The translations under genes were made by a program, and so were the position numbers. The notes beneath the pieces were generated by a model. It did no database searches and was not told the DNA's origin. It saw nothing but the letters and a program-made list of their open reading frames with translations. Positions 24,740 to 39,423 of a DNA stretch of 52,144 nt are shown here, piece after piece. Positions within the stretch are counted from its first letter, which is position 1; each line of letters opens with the position of its first letter. Origin of the DNA: Octopus sinensis (taxonomy: Eukaryota); the NCBI RefSeq assembly GCF_006345805.1, contig NW_021834024.1:1-52144 (forward strand), in the 5' to 3' direction.

Positions 24740-26619
24740 TGTGTTAGTATTGATTTCTTTTTATAAGTTTAGTAGTGCACCAGTACTTGTTTATTGTACA
24801 ATGCTGAAAAAGAAATCATGTAAACAAAGCAGGAATAAATCCATAAATTACTCTTTCCACTATAATTTGTCTCCTCTCCACGCAATTCCTGACCTTTTCA
24901 AAAATATTCATTCCTCCTTGCTTGCATTTCACGTTTGTATATGTTAAACATGATATAAGACCTAGAAGCCATCTACTTGACATGAATAAAAAGCAAGCTC
25001 TGAAAGCTGGCCAAAGATTAAGACAGGCGGCATCCAACAGGAATGTCAAGCAAAACAAATGTAATTTATCTATTTTTCTATAAGTATATACTTAAGAAGG
25101 ACAATATATAAAAGTTAAAGAAGATAAATGCATTTTCTGAGGATGCAACTGCATAAATATATTTTCGTTAAGATTAGAACAAAAGCCACTATGTAACAAG
25201 TTGTGCAGTTGGACAAACAACGAAGTCCAGTTGATGCATACATTTTTTGAATAAATTGTAGTTAATAGAGAAGCTATGACAAGCAGTGTCATTATAATAT
25301 GTATATCAGGCATTCTGTATCGATTTACGAAGGCGTAAGAATAATTTGAATTCAATTTATCAGCGTACAACATACATACTATGCATATCAAAGCTCCTTC
25401 AAAGCTGTGAGTAGAACTTATCTTAATTTATATAAAGCACATACTGCATATGTTTCGTGCTGTAATCATGTTTCATCAATGGCCACTCAAATGTATGATG
25501 AAGTGAAATAATCACGGTTGTAGTGCTGTACCTTATCTTTGTTGACTAGTTCAGACATGAAGATGAATTCGCATTTTGCATCAGTTTTTGCTGTGTAGGT
25601 TCGAGAAGTGAAAGTAGCAACAGGAAGGTGTTGAAGGTCTGAATTATACATCTACCCATGCTGTTATTCTGTTTTGGTTTGCTGATAGGATTTTCTGAAT
25701 TTATAATTTATTATAGATGTATATTTGTGTGTAAGGCAAGTAACAGTGAAGAGCTGCAGTATTATTCCATACATTAAGAGTACATGTTATTTTTTTAAAA
25801 CAATGCTGTTGATAGCGATTTCGAACCTTTAACCTGCTTAGCCTTGGTCGGACTACGGTACATTTAAGTTCATCTTGGCTTCATATAATCTCTAGCGAGA
25901 TTAAATTTTCTTGGTAGGTGAAGATCTGTTGAATAATAGGTTTGTAAGTATGTCCTGATGTAAAAACATTTGTGGAATGTTTTCGGCGATCAAATTTGAA
26001 CTTTATTTATTGTTCCGAATTCAATGCAGTAATTAGAGATTTGTAATCTGGTGTATCTATTTAGGGGTGAGAGCTTCAAATCTTGAGGTTATGTTTAGTA
26101 GTTAACAAAAAATCTTTAGTTGGTCAGCTGCTGCCTTTATTTGTTGTTGGCGTTATTTAGGAGGTTTACTGAGTTCGTTTTCAAACGATAGGAGCTATTG
26201 CGCATGGTTTAGTCCACAATGTACACCTTTTTAATAAGATCCCATTATTTAAGTATGTTACGCTTACGTCATGGAAATTGTAAGGCCTACAAAACAAAGT
26301 AAGTTTCAAACGTTTAAGCCAGGGATAAACACATTTGTATAGTAAAATCACAATGACTGAAATCTGAAACAACTAAATAAGCGCATCTATGAACAAAGTA
26401 TTGTATGATGGTGAGAACTATAAGCAAGAGCCTCCACTGAAATCAAACCTAAGACATCAAGGTATCACATCAGATTAAATGAAGAACATCCGATTAAAAA
26501 AAGAATTGTAACTACTCGATTTTTCCTAACTGAAATTCCTTCATAATATATAGGCATCTCAACTTAGCTTAGAAACAAATTATGGTTGAACAGTGTTCTA
26601 ACTATCACAATAAAATTAA

Positions 26620-27008
26620 GTGGAGGCGCAATGGCCCGGTGGTTAGGGCAGCGGACTCGCGGTCGTAGGATCGCGGTTTCGGTTCCCAGACCGGGCGTTG
26701 TGAGTGTTTATTGAGCGAAAACACTTAAAGCTCCACGAGGTTCCGGCAGGGGATGGTGGTGATCCCTGCTGTACTCTTTCACCACAACTTTCTCTCACTC
26801 TTACTTCCTGTTTCTGTTGTACCTGTATTTCAAAGGGTCAGCCTTGTCACTCTCTGTGTCACGCTGAATATCCCCGAGAACTACGTTAAGGGTACACGTG
26901 TCTGTGGAGTGCTCAGCCACTTGCACGTTAATTTCACGAGCAGGCTGTTCCGTTGTTCGGATCAACCGGAACCCTCGTCGTCGTAACCGACGGAGTGCTT
27001 CCTTCCTT
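26620..27008 (+). mobile_element. SINE-B, full length, tail variant 1, 13-bp TSD
   Basis: tRNA-like head; TSD acaataaaattaa at 26607-26619 and 27009-27021. Confidence 0.95.
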
Positions 27009-27538
27009 ACAATAAAATTAAACTTAACTACAAACTATATAAAATCACGATAGACGAATTTACTTACGTAATTTTTGTCCGTGAATTCTTCAGTACGATC
27101 GTTCCAATTCAATATAATTTATAGAACTATACACTAGTTGTCCTTATAAAATTATAGTTCTATCGATTACATTGGGGTTACTTTCAAATGTCTAAGTTCC
27201 GGCGCGCTAAATCACGGTAACAATTCCGCAGTAGATAATTCAAATTCGTTGATAGTGAAACCGGTCTAAGATTAATTCTGTAGTTTGTATATTTTCATCT
27301 GTCTTACCCGATGATACACTAGTGTTTGCTGAATTTCTCTAGAGAACATTCCTTTCTTCTTAGCTAGATCGTAGGTGATCTTCTTCTAGCATATTGGATG
27401 TCCACTTAGTGGTCATCCATATTATACGCATGTATTACAATTTTTCTGAATGTTCAGAATTTTCTATATGCTAGGCTACTGGTTTTATATTGATATTAAT
27501 TAAAATAATATTCAATTTATCACCCTCATTATTTAAAT

Positions 27539-27626
<88 letters not shown>

Positions 27627-27717
27627 CGTATATATATACACATATATATACATATATATATGTTTATACAACTACATATATGTATATAGATATACATTTA
27701 TATATATATATACATGC

Positions 27718-27796
<79 letters not shown>

Positions 27797-29798
27797 ATTT
27801 ATGAATATATAAACAATAAAATATAAGGGAGGAATATATATTTACTTAACCACTTCCTGGAGTTTATGGTCATTTGGCAAACTTCATTTTGGTTTAGTTT
27901 CGGAGAAGAAATTATGCTTACATGTCTGCATTAATATGAGTGTACTCTGCATTACAAAATACAATTGTATTTTTACAAATCAATGCAAATAAATAAATCT
28001 AGCTCATCAGTCTACCAGGAAATGATTATTTAATTTTATGTGTATGTGTATATGTGTGCATGTATAGTGGGTGTATGTGTATGTACATGCGTTAATTTAT
28101 TTTACACGACGTGTCTCGATAGTGCGCTGTAGTTGTGCTCGAATCTTACAGCAAGAGATTTTTTTTACCAATGTTCCATGGAATTGTGTCCGGGCAATGT
28201 GAAAATGATGACAGTTAGTGACGTGAACGGCATCCGGGTATACAAAATCTGTGTGACCCCTTTGTGCATGAAAAATCGGATGTTTCATAGAGAGTACAAG
28301 TAATTGATTGTTCAAGTGATTTATTTCCGTCGACATACACACTTACTTGATTTCTGACATTTATCAGTGGTTTCTCCCATTATTTTCTATCATTTTCTAT
28401 CATCAAAAACATTTCGAAATGTTTGACGACATTGTTATGCTTGTGTATATATTTGGATTTACTGAGCGAAACTTTGAAGTTTACTGTCAACACTTATCTT
28501 CTCAAAAAAATAACCTGTTCTCTACAAAATTATAGTGTTAACCCGCTGATTTGCAAATTAGAACTGAACACGAAAACAATGTATATACACATACATACAA
28601 GCATACATATGTATATACATGAATACATAAATACATGCATACCATACTTATTTGTATATATATGTTCGTGTGTATGCATCATCTATATATAAATGCATAC
28701 ATGCATATATTCACTCACACATATGTGTATGTGTAAGTAATATAAATATATATATATATATATATATGCACACGTACTTCGGTAAAAATCTATACTTTTG
28801 ACAACTTGAAAGCGTGAGACATATTTGCAATCCTTCACTTGACATTGACATTACAATAATTGTCACATATAGAGCGACCTTACACATTTTGCCATCTGCT
28901 AGCATTGATTTGCTTCCATTATTTCAAAATCACATTACTGTCAGCTGATAAAAAAAAAAGCGATTTCTCTGGAGTCGAGTAAGTTTACCAAGTAAATTGA
29001 TTTTCACTGAATGTTACATTGTAGCTCGTATTTAAGGATTTTGTTTAGCGCGATGTTGATGATTTTGAAATTACTAGAAAATTGACAATTCCGCATGAAA
29101 GAATCGTGCAAAGAGGGTACTTATCTTTTATGTCCGTCAACTTGTAGCATATTTATTATCTGACATACGCTGTCACATTTCCTTTTAAGCAGTATTCTAA
29201 CAAATTTGCGGAATGCCAGGGATTTATTTCTATAATACGTTTTGTTCTGTTCAGGTACTTCTAATCACATATCTACAGCGGTGCCAATATTAAAAATTTT
29301 CTTTCCTCCACAATATTTGTCAAGCTGATGTTTCCTAAATGCATCCATGAAAATCGTTCTCTCATTTAAAAGAAATCACCTTCTCAAGGTAACATAGCAT
29401 TGGGATTTCATTCAACAAAACCTAACAATAGCTTCAATATAATATGCCATGTTGTATACATCTGCAAGTGGAAATCACATTAAACCATTGCACACGATAG
29501 GTTTCTTAGTGCTTGATGATATATCATGGTGACAACGCATTTATTTCACACATACAATTTCGCCCCAATCAAATGGGTTTTATCTCCATCGCAGAAATAT
29601 TTCAGTAGTGATATGTGCTTAATCTGTGTAAAATCAAACGTCAACCAATATTAGACTAGTGCTCAAAAATCGAAAATCCTGGGATATTTTACACTATATT
29701 ATCATTTGGATAGTATTCACTCCACAACATGCTAACACCACTATTTGTAACACATCTTCTGGTGACTGGATTAAACTTTTAACAGACTAGTAATTACA

Positions 29799-30068
29799 GG
29801 CGGAATTTGAACTCAGAACGTAGCGGCAGAAGAAATACCTGTTTCTTTACTACCCACAAGGGGCTAAACACAGAGAGGACAAACAAGGACAGACAAACGG
29901 ATTAAGTCGATTATATCGAACCCAGTGCGTAACTGGTACTTAATTTATCGACCTGAAAGGATGAAAAGTAAAGTCGACCTCGGTGGAATTTGAACTCAGA
30001 ACGTAGCGGCAGACGAAATACCGTTAAGCACTTTGTCTGGTGTGGTAAACATTCTGACAACTCGCAGA
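29799..30068 (-). mobile_element. SINE-C partial dimer
   Basis: One full unit plus the start of a second unit, joined at ggtatttc. Confidence 0.88.
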
Positions 30069-30499
30069 CTTATCTGTGACGCATACAACGTCACATTCTA
30101 TGATAAACATTAAATTCATTATGGCTGATGAATAGAACGGATTGAAAAAATTGGAAAAATGATGGCTCATGTGAACTTTTATTTTTTCGTTTCAATGATA
30201 TAAGATACAATAAATGATATGTAGGGTATTGGCCGATACTGATAGACGCTTGCAAACACTTCATAATATTTAGTATGCATGGAACAGGATAAGGGTGTTT
30301 GTTTGAATCCTGTATTAATATTTCACTGCAGGAAAGTAGCTTCTCTATCTCCCTGCGGTGAAAAAGTTCTTATACTCAAGAGCAACTTAAATGAATGAAG
30401 TAGAACGCTTTGTACTCTATAAAACATTCTATTCATTTAGCTGGAGTAATATAAAACTGGTATGTCACATTAAGTTTTTACGCTATGCTATTTCAAGAT

Positions 30500-30935
30500 T
30501 TCCTTAAAAAGTTTACTTCTCAACCACACGATTCCTGGTTCAGTGCCACTGCACGGCACTTTGGTCAAGTGTCTTCTACTATAGTCACGAGAGAACAAAA
30601 TCTTTGTGAATAGATTTGGTAGGCAGAAACTGAAAGGAGCCCGTCGTATATATATAACATATATATATAACATATCTATACACATACATGAGCGTGTGTG
30701 TTTGTATGTGTATGTGTGTATGTGTATGTTTATGTTGCTCCCACCCCGCCAATTTACAGCCTATGTTGGTATGCTTACGTACCCGAAAGATAGCGATTCG
30801 GCGAAGTGACGGATAGAGTAAGCATCAGGTTTTAAATAGTAGTACTGTGAACGATATGTTTGACTGTAATTCTGCAAGACAATGTCCCCAGTATGGCCGC
30901 AGTCTAATGACTGAAACAAGTAAACGATAAAATAA
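30500..30935 (+). mobile_element. SINE-A, diverged copy
   Basis: ggttcagtgccactgcacggcactttggtcaagtgtcttctactatag...cccgtcgta(TA)n...tatggccgcagtc..atgactgaaacaagtaaa. Confidence 0.8.
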
Positions 30936-31961
30936 TAAAGATAACAATATCTGTCGTAGGTATTTGGCTTCAGATAATATTTTCTTTAACGGAAAAAAGT
31001 GAAAACCCGCACTTCAGAAATTTTTCGTGTTGAAATTTCATCAGGCATTTAGTATATTGTTACACCTCTTAATCATTTATTGCTTTTTAAACACAATATT
31101 ACTAAGAACTGCAGTATTTGTCCAACCACCTTTGCAGGGAAACTCTAAAGATCTTTAAAATGTCTTCAAATAAAATTCCTTTTAATTAATTCATTAGTGG
31201 AACTCATAACAAATACTACGTCTTAAATATAAGTTTCTCTGATTTACTTAAACACTTTTAAATAGTTGTTTAAAGCAATAATACTGTTGTCAGTTAAAGC
31301 GTGGAAATTTGTAACTTTTGTAGTCCTAATACGTAATTTAAACGAATCTCATTCTTTCTTCTGTCTGTCATTATTATATCGTTTATGAAGACAAGCTGTT
31401 TACTTTACAATACAGAGTGTTGGTTAAAATCTAGATATAATCTGAAACATGACATTACTAAAGCATCAGTTATTTGTTAAACAAACTTCCTGCCATGAAT
31501 AACATACAGATTTTTTAAAGCATACAATAGTTGTGTTAATGAAAAATTTTCTATGGATACTAAAAGATATAATAGTTGCTGATAAACTCACAAATATGAA
31601 ATTGAAAGTTTTATCACACTTTTTTTCTCATCAAAACGTTGCTATTGTTGAAAATAAGATACTATTTAGTATTCTATGCTTGCAATACTGTGTGAAATAT
31701 ATAAATATACACTGTTTTATTCAAAGAAACATATCTCAATAGTCTTGAACATTAGCTACTCTTACTAGTAAACTTCCTGTTTCACGATGTGCAACAGCCT
31801 GTACTATACGTTTTTGGCTCGGAGTAAAGCATGCATTAAGTAATTCTGAAAACTTTATACTATATTGAAAATTAGTGTTCGATTCAGAAAGCTATTCAAT
31901 ATTGAACATTTAAATTCAAATAAAACATTTCTATTCCATAATGATAATTTCTAGTGGAAGG

Positions 31962-32526
31962 ACAAGACCTAGAATTTGGGGGAAGGGATTAAGTCGATTA
32001 TATCGACCTCAGTGTGGAACTTGTACTTATTTAATCGACTCGAAAGGATGAAAGGCATATTCGACCTCGGTGGTATTTGAACTCAGAACACGTAATGGCA
32101 GACAAAATACCTATTTCTTTACTACCCGCAAGGGGCTAAACACAGAGAGGACAAACAAGGACAGACAAACGGATTAAGTCGATTATATCATCACAGTGCG
32201 TAACTGGTGCTTAATCTATCGACACCGAAAGTATGAAAAGCAATGTAGACCCCGGCGGAATTTGAACTCAGAACGTAGCGGCAGACGAAATACCCATTTC
32301 TTTACTACCCATAAGGGGCTAAACACAGAGAGGACAAACAAGGACAGACAAACGGATTAAGTCGATTACATCGACTCCAGTGCGTAGCTGGTACTTAATT
32401 TATCGACCCCGAAATGATGAAAAGCAAAGTTGACCTCGGCGGAATTTGAACTCAGAACGTAGCGGCAGACGAAATACCGCTAAGCATTTCTCCCGGCGTA
32501 CTAACGTTTCTGCCACCTCACCGCTT
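31962..32526 (-). mobile_element. SINE-C trimer (period ~184 bp)
   Basis: Three head-to-tail units; only the first has the complete head. Confidence 0.9.
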
Positions 32527-33402
32527 TCAATTTCTGTTCCATAAAAGTGAGCGAAGCTGGATACAAAAGTGAGCAAATGAATTACATATCAATAACCCTA
32601 ATATTTCGTCATTTAAGAAAGATGTATAATGTCTGAATGCTATAAGTAGGTTTTTCCATTATCTCAATGCGTAGGAATTAAAGAAATTATTGAATAATTG
32701 AGGAGTGATTGGGATTGGTGCTTGGAATTAATTAGAAAGATTGAAAACGATCTAATAGTCGATGTTCTGAAATTAAGTTACTATTTATATTTTATGAGAA
32801 AGTGTTTAGAATACATTGATAATTGGTTCAATATTTTTTTATAAAAACAATATTCTTCTAAACTGTTTGAATACAAATATTGAACGCAGAATAATAACCT
32901 TATTCATGTACACAAACACCTACACATTTGAAAAGTTAAACTTTAGAAATTTAATTAAAAATCCGTACCAAAATAAAGCAGTGGGATGAAAAGAAAACAA
33001 ACTACACCACCAGATTTGGAACTATAACATTTCCTGATAAGTCTATGACTGTGTTACGCCTTGAAAAGTTTCATGTCTCAATTCCTCACCAAATGCAATT
33101 ATTTTCTTCCTTCGGATACATATAACTCTGAAGCAGTCCACATTAATGTGATTTACAGGACTGATCAAAAATATTCAGCCCATTACCAAAATACAATGAA
33201 AAGTTAACACATTATTGATTTGAAATGTTTCGAGTTATTTTGTTACATCCACAGTTAAATATAAATTGTCAATACTTCTAAGCAAATATATAATTTGTTT
33301 AAGAGGGCTAGTAGGAGACATAGATATTTGGATTTTGCTCATTCTATTGGATTTTCTTGCATATATATAAATACATATATACGAATATATATACATACAT
33401 AC

Positions 33403-33463
<61 letters not shown>

Positions 33464-33823
33464 GATAGATAGATAGAGACAGACAGACAGAGACAGATTG
33501 ATATATACACATATGTATATATATGTATATATACACATATATGCACACGCACAAACACGCATATTGTATTTTGTTTTTCATGCATAGATAATGCACATGA
33601 ATGAATTTTGGGCTGGATTTCATGAAGGAGTGTTGAATTAATTCAATCAATGGAAATATATTCTATTGAAATAGTAATAAAAACAACAATTCGGCTGTAT
33701 TTTCCAAAGAAATGTCTACATTTAAGTTCTTAAGTTAATCTCTGAACACACTCAGAGTTGTGTTGCCATCTAACAAGGACATAGCCTATGACATTCGACT
33801 GAATCATAGTTCGCTTGAATATA

Positions 33824-34057
33824 TATTTCTTTATTGCCTACAAGGAGCTAAACACAGAGGGGACAAACAAGGACAGACAAACGGATTAAGTCGATTATAT
33901 CGACCCCTAATGCGTAACTGGTAATTATTTAATCGACCCCGAAAGGATGAAAGGCAAAGTCGACCTCGGCGGAATTTGAACTCAGAACGTAACGGCAGAC
34001 GAAATACGGCTACGTATTTCACCTGGTGTGCTAACGTATCTGCCAGCTCGCCGCCTT
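33824..34057 (-). mobile_element. SINE-C monomer
   Basis: Complete head, centre and tail. Confidence 0.92.
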
Positions 34058-35200
34058 TAATATGGGCAAGTTCCTTAAGACACCTGGGTCAACACTGAGT
34101 TATGCTAGAATCGACTTCCCGAAGTTGAACAAGCTCAGATGCATGTGATTTGAATAAAATTTATATGCAATAAACTATGTATTCGGAGATTCTCCCCATT
34201 AAAATTAAATAAAAATTTTGTGAATTTTCCCAGTCTTTAGCATCATTAGCACAATATAAGTTCTTAAAGAACATTTGTACTACCAAGGACATTCTAGTTA
34301 TCGTCAGCATATATTTCGCATCAGGAACAAAATTTCTCATTACATTAATCAATGTGCTCGTCATGTTTCATGAGGAAAGACAATGATATGCTTATCATTT
34401 CTAACAGGTTCAGAGAGCACGTCAGAGACTTATTGGCACGAAAACAAACATTTATTCAAACAATGTGTTTGTGACATAATATCATCTATTTTCTTGCTTT
34501 GTGCCTATGAGAATCGACTCTTTGGTGATTAATATAGATTAAAATAAACTGAGAGTGCATGGGCATTGGTTTACATGCTCAAGTATTTCTCTTGTGCACG
34601 AAGCAGAAACCGGATGTAGGAAATTAGCCTCTTCATTTGCATCCATCTTTTATTTTCTTTCACTTACATATGTGATCGCACTCGCATTTAGGGAGGTACT
34701 TTTCGTAAATACTTAAAAACATGTCCTAGGTTTCTGGAAGTATTTCACGATTTGTAAAATTCAATATACAGTAAAGAGATGCTAGTAATTTTAATACTAT
34801 AATTTGTCATAATTGTAAAGATTTGAATGAGTTGTATATGGAAGGTTAGTTTAATAGAACTCGCTAGTATTAAAACCAAGTGTTTTTCGCAAGAACAGAA
34901 ATACGAATATATTTTTGAATGTCTAAAGGAAAATTGAAGTATGAACTAAAACCTATGAAACAAATAGAAACAAAACAAATTTCTTTTTAAATGTTTCTTC
35001 CTGGCTTGGACTACTCAGTCAATACCATTCTACAATTGATCTGTTTGGCTGGATATTTTATACCCTTACAATTTCTTAGGCAATATCCTCTGGGGTTTCA
35101 CTAGTTACCTAACGTTTACGCATAATTTTATACGTCAGCAAAATATAGCATTTTAAAAATACTATAATTATAATTTATTTAAAAATACTATAATATATCG

Positions 35201-35615
35201 AGTACCGGTGCCGCAGTCTCCGTTAGAGAGACTTAGAAATAATAATATCTCTATTTTTGAAAACCAGTGGATGTATTCAACTGAAATTAGGTAAATAATC
35301 CTTCGAAAAGATGGTCAGCAGCGACGCCTGCTGGGTTTGGCTACTCTGCATTGATAAAGAGCAAATACCCTGAAACATGTCTGCAGGAGCCTGACCAGAA
35401 AGAGGAAGCAGCTGAACTCCCCTGTTCAAAGGTTATAATGGACACAGATTTGTGTGTCACATAGCTAGCTAGAGGTAATGGACTCTTGGGGCTAATCAAC
35501 AGCAGCTTTCGTCCTATATTTATGGACTGCCATAACAGCTTGGCGATAACTGTTAATATCCAGTACCGCTGCCGTAGTCTCCGTTAAAGAGACTTAGAAA
35601 TAATGATATTTCTAT
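35201..35615 (+). mobile_element. Retrozyme-like or solo PLE-terminal unit: 361-bp period with ~54-bp terminal direct repeat and one hammerhead
   Basis: agtaccggtgccgcagtctccgttagagagacttagaaata at 35201 and agtaccgctgccgtagtctccgttaaagagacttagaaata at 35562. Confidence 0.55.
35344..35389 (+). ncRNA. Minimal type I hammerhead ribozyme, U3-A8 variant, GUC cleavage site
   Basis: ctctgca-TTGATAA-ag(agcaaatacc)ct-GAAA-C(AT)GTC-tgcaggag. Stem I is strong, stem III is the palindrome ACATGT, stem II is weak. Confidence 0.68.
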
Positions 35616-36562
35616 AATTTCTTTATTAAGAACATAATTTTAATTTTTAATTATCGTTAAGCTTATGTATATGCAATGGATGACATCTGATCATTACAAT
35701 AAAGCAAAATATTATTTATTGATTACTATGCAGAAATACTACATTTTGAAAAAATTTCGGAAGAAATAAAGATACATCTCTCTGAGCCACAAAAATCAAA
35801 CATGTCAGGATAATACTGAATCTTATGAAATTTACATTGTGCTTGTTGGTAAATGTGATACACGCCACTCAGCTGAGAATTTGGACACAAACCAGCGGAT
35901 TTTCTGAGTAATTCAGGAAACAGATGAAATGCGTTAATTATTAGTTTCGGCTCTCAGCGCCTTGATATCGAATCGCACCGAAGTCGTCATTGTCGTTCAA
36001 ATTTAGGTTTCATAAAGATAAGATTCTTTCAATGCTGGTGAGATTGCCGAGAATATATCTATGTATCCTCGCGACTCCGTGGGCTCCAAATCATCAAGCA
36101 CAATGCCGAACATTCAACCAAGATTGTACCAACATCCATAATATTTGAAAAATACGTTAATAATGATTTGAAATTGCCCCATATAATTGTAGTCCTGTAA
36201 CTTATATTTGTAAAATATTTCATAAAAATATCTAGCTGCTGAAAGACTTTGCTTTTATTCTTTTTACCTGTTACAATTTACCTCTACGGTTACGCTAATG
36301 CTGCTCGTATGAGGTATTAGAAATGTAGTCATTTAGTGTAGTATATCTAGAATGATCTTATCACCATATTTAGATATATATATAACGCATATAATGTATG
36401 CTATATCTCATGAGGCACACGTATATGTAAGCCGATGTATGTTAATTTGAATGATAAATTTCTAAGATGATATATCTGACAACTTGTGTCTTACTCCACA
36501 AAATTATTTGAATTATAAATATATGCATGACACGTGTGTAAAACTCTCTCCAAAAAGCTACC

Positions 36563-36593
36563 TACTCATCTACCTACCTACCTACCTACCTAC

Positions 36594-36692
<99 letters not shown>

Positions 36693-36707
36693 ACTATTTA
36701 TCTACCA

Positions 36708-36745
<38 letters not shown>

Positions 36746-36861
36746 ATATCTATTTATCTATCTATATGTTTATATATATATATATCTGCCTATCTATCTA
36801 TCTATACATTTATATCTAACTCTCTGTCTATCTAGTTATCTATCTATCTATCTATATGTTC

Positions 36862-36911
<50 letters not shown>

Positions 36912-36915
36912 CTGC

Positions 36916-36955
<40 letters not shown>

Positions 36956-36957
36956 AT
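36563..36957. repeat. (CCTA)n/(TCTA)n/(TA)n compound microsatellite
   Basis: Direct reading. Confidence 0.97.
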
Positions 36958-37046
36958 GTGTGTGTGCGCGTCTGTGTTCCTGTGTGCGCACGCGCTTCTG
37001 CGGTATTTTTCAGGTTCACAGACTATCTAATGATACATAAGCGGAA

Positions 37047-37296
37047 ACACACACACACACACACATACACCCACACCCACCCACACACACATGCACATAT
37101 ATACATTCATGCACTCGTACACGGAAATTTGCATATACATGCATATCCATGTGACTGTACATATTCGTGCATATTTCTATTATTGCGTATCACTTTTCTA
37201 TTTATTTGGTATTTGTTCCTATTATCGTTATTTCAAACTTTAATACTTTGATTTCCATTTAAATTTCACCCGAAAATTATTAAAATTTCATAGAAT

Positions 37297-37333
<37 letters not shown>

Positions 37334-37564
37334 TACACCCACACCCACCCACACACACATGCACATATATACATTCATGCACTCGTACACGGAAATTTGC
37401 ATATACATGCATATCCATGTGACTGTACATATTCGTGCATATTTCTATTATTGCGTATCACTTTTCTATTTATTTGGTATTTGTTCCTATTATCGTTATT
37501 TCAAACTTTAATACTTTGATTTCCATTTAAATTTCACCCGAAAATTATTAAAATTTCATAGAAT

Positions 37565-37595
<31 letters not shown>
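37047..37595. repeat. 268-bp tandem duplication bounded by (CA)n
   Basis: catacacccac at 37064 and 37332; the unique parts look identical. Confidence 0.95.
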
Positions 37596-37625
<30 letters not shown>

Positions 37626-37858
37626 CGACAAAGAAGGAACGCTAACAAAAGAACGAAAAATCGTATAGAATATAACATATATCGATGCACATTAGCTCCG
37701 ATCAATAGTAAATTTTAAATTGTATTTTTATCTCATCATTTTCGACATGCTTCCCGCTCTTTCTCCTCAATTTCCTGATTGTAATATACAATACACGCAC
37801 ACAGACAAACACATACGCATGCACACACACATATATACACGCATACACACACATACAA

Positions 37859-37891
<33 letters not shown>

Positions 37892-37906
37892 ATACAAGCA
37901 CACACG

Positions 37907-37951
<45 letters not shown>

Positions 37952-38573
37952 ATGTGTGTGTTTGCGTGTACATTGTATGTATCTACTTATATATATATAT
38001 ATTTGCATGTAGCTAGATAAATAACTATATATATATATATATAATATACATAACTATATAAATATATATATATATACACACACGCACATACATAAGACAC
38101 CAAAAACAAATGTCGGTGTGTATAAAGAATAATTATACGCACGTAATTCGAGGACCACGTCGACACAGGAAAATCTGATATATTTTTCATTCTATTTGCG
38201 TTATTTATAAAATTTTATCTATATGTATATTAATCTTATTGATATGTTGCGGCATGTAAATTTATCAATAAAGTCTCATTGTATTCAAGCATATTTAAAT
38301 AAATGTGAAATTCAGTGGACTAAGACTGAATGCATCTATTATGCATATTTCTTTCATGTAGGAACAAGAAGGATATGGAATCTGTCAGAAATAATGTAAA
38401 ATATATTAATAAAAAGCATTAATATAGATTGTTTGAGCATATTTCTCATATGCATACCTACCTACCCCTCTCTCTTACTTACGCCCTCCCTTTTTCGCTC
38501 CCATCCTCCCTACCTACCTACATACAAACATATATGCATACAAATGTACATACATACATATATTTATGACATA

Positions 38574-38612
38574 TAGATATATAGATATAAGTAAATAGAT
38601 AAATGGATAGAT

Positions 38613-38673
<61 letters not shown>

Positions 38674-38772
38674 AAGGGAGAGAGAGACATATAGATAGAT
38701 AGATAGATAGATAGATAGACAGATAGATAGATAGATAGATAGGGAAAGAGAGACAGATAGATAGATAGATAT

Positions 38773-38828
<56 letters not shown>

Positions 38829-38840
38829 GGAGAGAGAGAC

Positions 38841-38894
<54 letters not shown>

Positions 38895-38914
38895 GGAGAG
38901 AGACAGATAGATAT

Positions 38915-38998
<84 letters not shown>

Positions 38999-39052
38999 GG
39001 AGAGAGAGACAGATAGATAGATAGATAGATAGATAGATATGGAGAGAGAGAC

Positions 39053-39118
<66 letters not shown>

Positions 39119-39190
39119 GGAGAAAGAGACAGATAGATAGATAGATAGCTAGTTTGTTAGATAGACAAACTGGCTGACTGATAGATAGGA
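38574..39190. repeat. (TAGA)n array punctuated by ggg(a)gagagac units
   Basis: Direct reading. Confidence 0.97.
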
Positions 39191-39423
39191 ATATACGCAC
39201 AAACACATGCATGCGTAATTATATAGGTATAAAGAGAAACAGAGAGATAGATACAGGGATATATTTATACAGAGATAGACAAGTATTATATGCTTACAAG
39301 CATAGAGGTGTCACACTCACAAATTATTCTCGGTGTTGGTCATGCGTAAAAAAGTGTCTGGAAATGTGTAGATGCATAGTGTGAAAAGGCAACAGCTTGA
39401 ACATATATATGCCAAAGCGGGAG

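Noticed and set aside
26620-26700. tRNA-like sequences with A and B boxes at SINE heads
   Set aside because: They run into SINE bodies with TSDs and I could not fold a complete cloverleaf; not called as tRNA genes.
28133-28303. Cys-rich frame LCSNLTARDFFYQCSMELCPG...KICVTPLC
   Set aside because: Short, no recognisable family, weak splice support. Similar candidates at about 25530-25650 and 44770-44820 were dropped for the same reason.
30120-30150. CTGATGA...GAAA hammerhead-like string (similar at 50300-50325)
   Set aside because: No stems form; expected by chance.
31962-32526. Regularly spaced repeats resembling a CRISPR array
   Set aside because: Whole 184-bp units repeat, there are no unique spacers, and the context is eukaryotic.
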